A stretch of 63,949 nucleotides of DNA, the filler included, from Octopus bimaculoides (Eukaryota): NCBI RefSeq assembly GCF_001194135.2. It is 5 parts of 4 records of this genome, joined end to end, with 100 filler letters (N's around TTAATTAATTAA, not from the genome) between each part and the next. Parts side by side here need not be neighbours in the genome. Positions count along the whole stretch, not along the records: positions 55,155 to 62,789 come from NC_068989.1; positions 62,890 to 63,949 come from NC_068996.1; 3 more parts are not named here. One strand, given 5' to 3'. The stretch's first letter is position 1, and every line of letters starts with the position of its first letter. Positions 61,466 to 63,949 of the stretch are shown here, piece after piece. A program made the translations under genes and the position numbers. A model generated the notes under the pieces. The model ran no database searches. It saw nothing but the letters and a program-made list of their open reading frames with translations, and was not told where the DNA came from.

Positions 61466-62091
61466 TTTTGAAATCATACTGAAGTACCATCGTTCACTCT
61501 AACAGACGCCAATCAATGAAAAAAAAAAAACAATTTAATTCTCCTAAATATATCTAGTATGGTGCAATCTCTCCCTTTAAAACTATAAATAAGGTCTGTA
61601 ACCATTTATTTAAAGGATCACAAGCCGGGGTCAACGGATTAAAGGTGTAATTTGAATTTTTTAGAACTTACTGGTTTACTATATCTCCCAGTTTATGACG
61701 AACTCATTTATCACTGGTTCGAGATAACACGTTACGCTCGACTGTGAACCACGTCATGCTTATCACGAATTTATCTGTAATAACATGGGTCGGCGATCAA
61801 TCAAAGATTCTGCTAGGGTTTAAAAATACTGCTTCCCAGCGACCATCCACAATGCTCAAGAAAACTTGGAGACTTACGGAACGAAACCTATTTTTCCCAT
61901 ATGATTTATTATTCGTTTAGCGCTGAGTTATTTAACACGGTGTATTACTTTTTTAATCAAACAGCCGTGATAAACGAGTATAGACGTATCTTTATTAATC
62001 CACACACACACACACACACAAACAAACACACGCAAACACTCATACACAAGCAGTGATCAAAGGTTTGTAGGAACGTGGCACTTCGTTATGC

Positions 62092-62500
62092 AAACACAAT
62101 ATACTATGAAGTATACTAAAGTCAATATCACGTGCTACTGCGTCAGCCGTGATTGTTACATTACTTTTGAGGTTATTTCTACAGATATACTATAAAAATT
62201 ATAGCCAGCTTTGGTTTTTGCTACAACGTTTCGTATCGAGAAGTCAGATGTAAACAAACAATGAGATCGGAGACGGAAGTGGGTAATGAGTGTATATGAC
62301 ATCTTTCAGGGTTTGTTGCCCCTTCTTCAGCACTCATCTAAGCCTCTATTGCCTCCGAACATATTGCTTATATAGCCACCACATACAGCAGTAATTAAGA
62401 TATTGGATGTACCAACGTTTCGTATCAAGACGTCAGATGGAAACAGAACGTGGTACTCACTTATGAATATATTTAGTATACTTTATAGTATGTTGTATTT
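62092..62500. mobile_element. MITE-like element with 29-bp imperfect TIRs and internal 33-bp direct repeats
   Basis: 62092-62120 vs 62472-62500 match at 26/29; direct repeats 62224-62256 and 62413-62445 match at 30/33. Confidence 0.65.
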
Positions 62501-62504
62501 ACTC

Positions 62505-62730
62505 TTTACTCTTTACTCTTTTACTCTTTTACTTGTTTCAGTCATTTGACAGCGGCCATGCTGGAGCACCGCCTTTCGTCGAGAAAATCGACCCCAGGAC
62601 TTATTCTTTGTTAGCCTAGTACTTATTCTATCGGTCTCTTTTTGCCGAACCGCTAAGTTATGGGGACGCAAACACACCAGCATCGGTTGTCAAGCGAAGG
62701 TGGGGGGGACAAATACAGACGCACAAACAT
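62505..62730 (-). mobile_element. SINE type A, 3' half, young
   Basis: (ACTCTTT)n tail, then gtttcagtcatttgacagcggccatgctggagcaccgcc... Confidence 0.9.
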
Positions 62731-62750
62731 ATATATATACACGTATATAC

Positions 62751-62782
<32 letters not shown>

Positions 62783-62789
62783 ATATATA

Positions 62790-62889
62790 NNNNNNNNNNN
62801 NNNNNNNNNNNNNNNNNNNNNNNNNNNNNNNNNTTAATTAATTAANNNNNNNNNNNNNNNNNNNNNNNNNNNNNNNNNNNNNNNNNNNN
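62790..62889. other. Artificial scaffold linker
   Basis: N44-TTAATTAATTAA-N44. Confidence 0.95.
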
Positions 62890-63188
62890 GTTCATGTAGG
62901 TGTTATGCCTAGGGTACCATATATTTGGATTTGTACAGTTTTGTTCAAGTGAATGTTTAAGAAACCATAAGAAAATTATGTGTTTGCTTTAAAATTTGAG
63001 ATCACATAGACAGTATTTTACGTAGGATATGGGCAGTTCCCATGAGCACTATCTTTTGAACTTCAGCCATTTTGGGGTTTCCTGGTATCTGAGCTAGGTA
63101 GTAATCAGCCCGTTTCGCTGTCATTCCCAGGGCACCTATGACAATAGGTATTGTTTTCGTCTTCAGATTCCACATTTTGCTCATTTCT
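62890..63188 (-). mobile_element. R4/Dong-like LINE 3' end (same family as 42553)
   Basis: MWNLKTKTIPIVIGALG...VQKIVLMGTAHILRKILSM plus 3' UTR. Confidence 0.9.
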
Positions 63189-63189
63189 A

Positions 63190-63495
63190 GTGCAATGGCC
63201 TAGTGGTTAGGGTAGCAGACTCGTGGTCGGAGGGTTCAGTTTCGATTCCCAGACTAGGCGTTGTGTGTGTTTATTGAGCGAAAATACCTAAAGCTCCACG
63301 AGGCTCCGGCAGGGGGTGGTGGTAACCCTTGTTGTACACTTTCGCCATAATTTTCTCTCACTCTTTCTTATGGTTTCTTGAGTAGCGTTGCGATGGACTG
63401 GCGTCCCGTCCAGCTGGGGAGAACACATACGCCATAGAAACCCGGAAACCGGGCCCATGAGCCTGGCTAGGCTTAAAAAGGGCGCATAAAAAAAA
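63190..63495 (+). mobile_element. SINE with type B head and body but a different 3' module, poly(A) end
   Basis: Follows type B to ...ctctcactctttc, then switches to GCGATGGACTGGCGTCCCGTCCAG...GAAACCGGGCCCATGAGCCTGG. Confidence 0.8.
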
Positions 63496-63496
63496 A

Positions 63497-63563
63497 TATT
63501 CAGGTCGATTCCTGGAACTGAACTCGGAATCTTGGGGCTAGTAGCCCGCGCTCTTAGCCACTG
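63497..63563 (-). mobile_element. tRNA-like SINE head fragment
   Basis: Minus strand CAGTGGCTAAGAGCG...GAGTTCAGTTCC has A/B-box-like spacing. Confidence 0.5.
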
Positions 63564-63949
63564 AATAATAATAATAATGATGATAATAATAATAATAATA
63601 ATAATAATAATTATTATTATTATTATTATTATCATTATTATTATTATTGTCTTGGTTTAATTTTTGACATTATCACAGAATATTTTCGTCACACTTCCGT
63701 GACTTTGACATATGAATTTTTCATATTCAATTGTCTTTTGCAACCGTTGGTTCATGTTTATATTCAACAATAAAAAAAAAATTCAAAAACGGAAATGATT
63801 TATGTGTTTTTTACATATTATTTATAATGGAGCGCCTCAGAGCTACCGGGCAGAGCGTGTGCTTCGCTGGTTCGAGGTAAAAATCTATTGGCACGGAAAC
63901 GCTGTCAACCAGGCATGTCTCAGAGGTGCACTATAATACAAAAGAAATA

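Noticed and set aside
31289-62845. TTAATTAATTAA repeated four times at irregular spacing
   Set aside because: Always centred in exactly 44+44 Ns: an artificial six-frame-stop scaffold linker, not biology. Adjacency across these points is not base-level evidence.

Overview
AT-rich, microsatellite-dense eukaryotic DNA with roughly 10% N gaps. The SINE/LINE content looks like an octopus (cephalopod) genome; this is an inference from repeat families. I find no intact protein-coding gene, tRNA, rRNA or CRISPR array, and most listed ORFs are translations of microsatellites or gaps. The window is mostly transposon debris: at least four tRNA-derived SINE types, Tc1 (DD34E), mariner (DD34D) and DD37D transposase pseudogenes, CR1, RTE, Tx1/L1 and R4/Dong-like LINE relics, a Gypsy integrase relic with two identical LTR-like units, and several MITE/foldback elements. 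The most interesting signal is a cluster of small non-coding Penelope-like (pLTR/retrozyme-like) units carrying minimal hammerhead-ribozyme motifs. Two of them (11.8-12.6 kb, 29.3-29.9 kb) are divergent inverted pairs with a variant core that has an extra nucleotide on each side of stem II. Also notable: a 98-bp telomere-repeat palindrome with a mirrored variant unit, a tail-to-tail fusion of two different SINEs at a palindrome, and an apparent empty-site copy next to an LTR-like insertion. Four 100-bp N44-TTAATTAATTAA-N44 blocks are artificial scaffold linkers.
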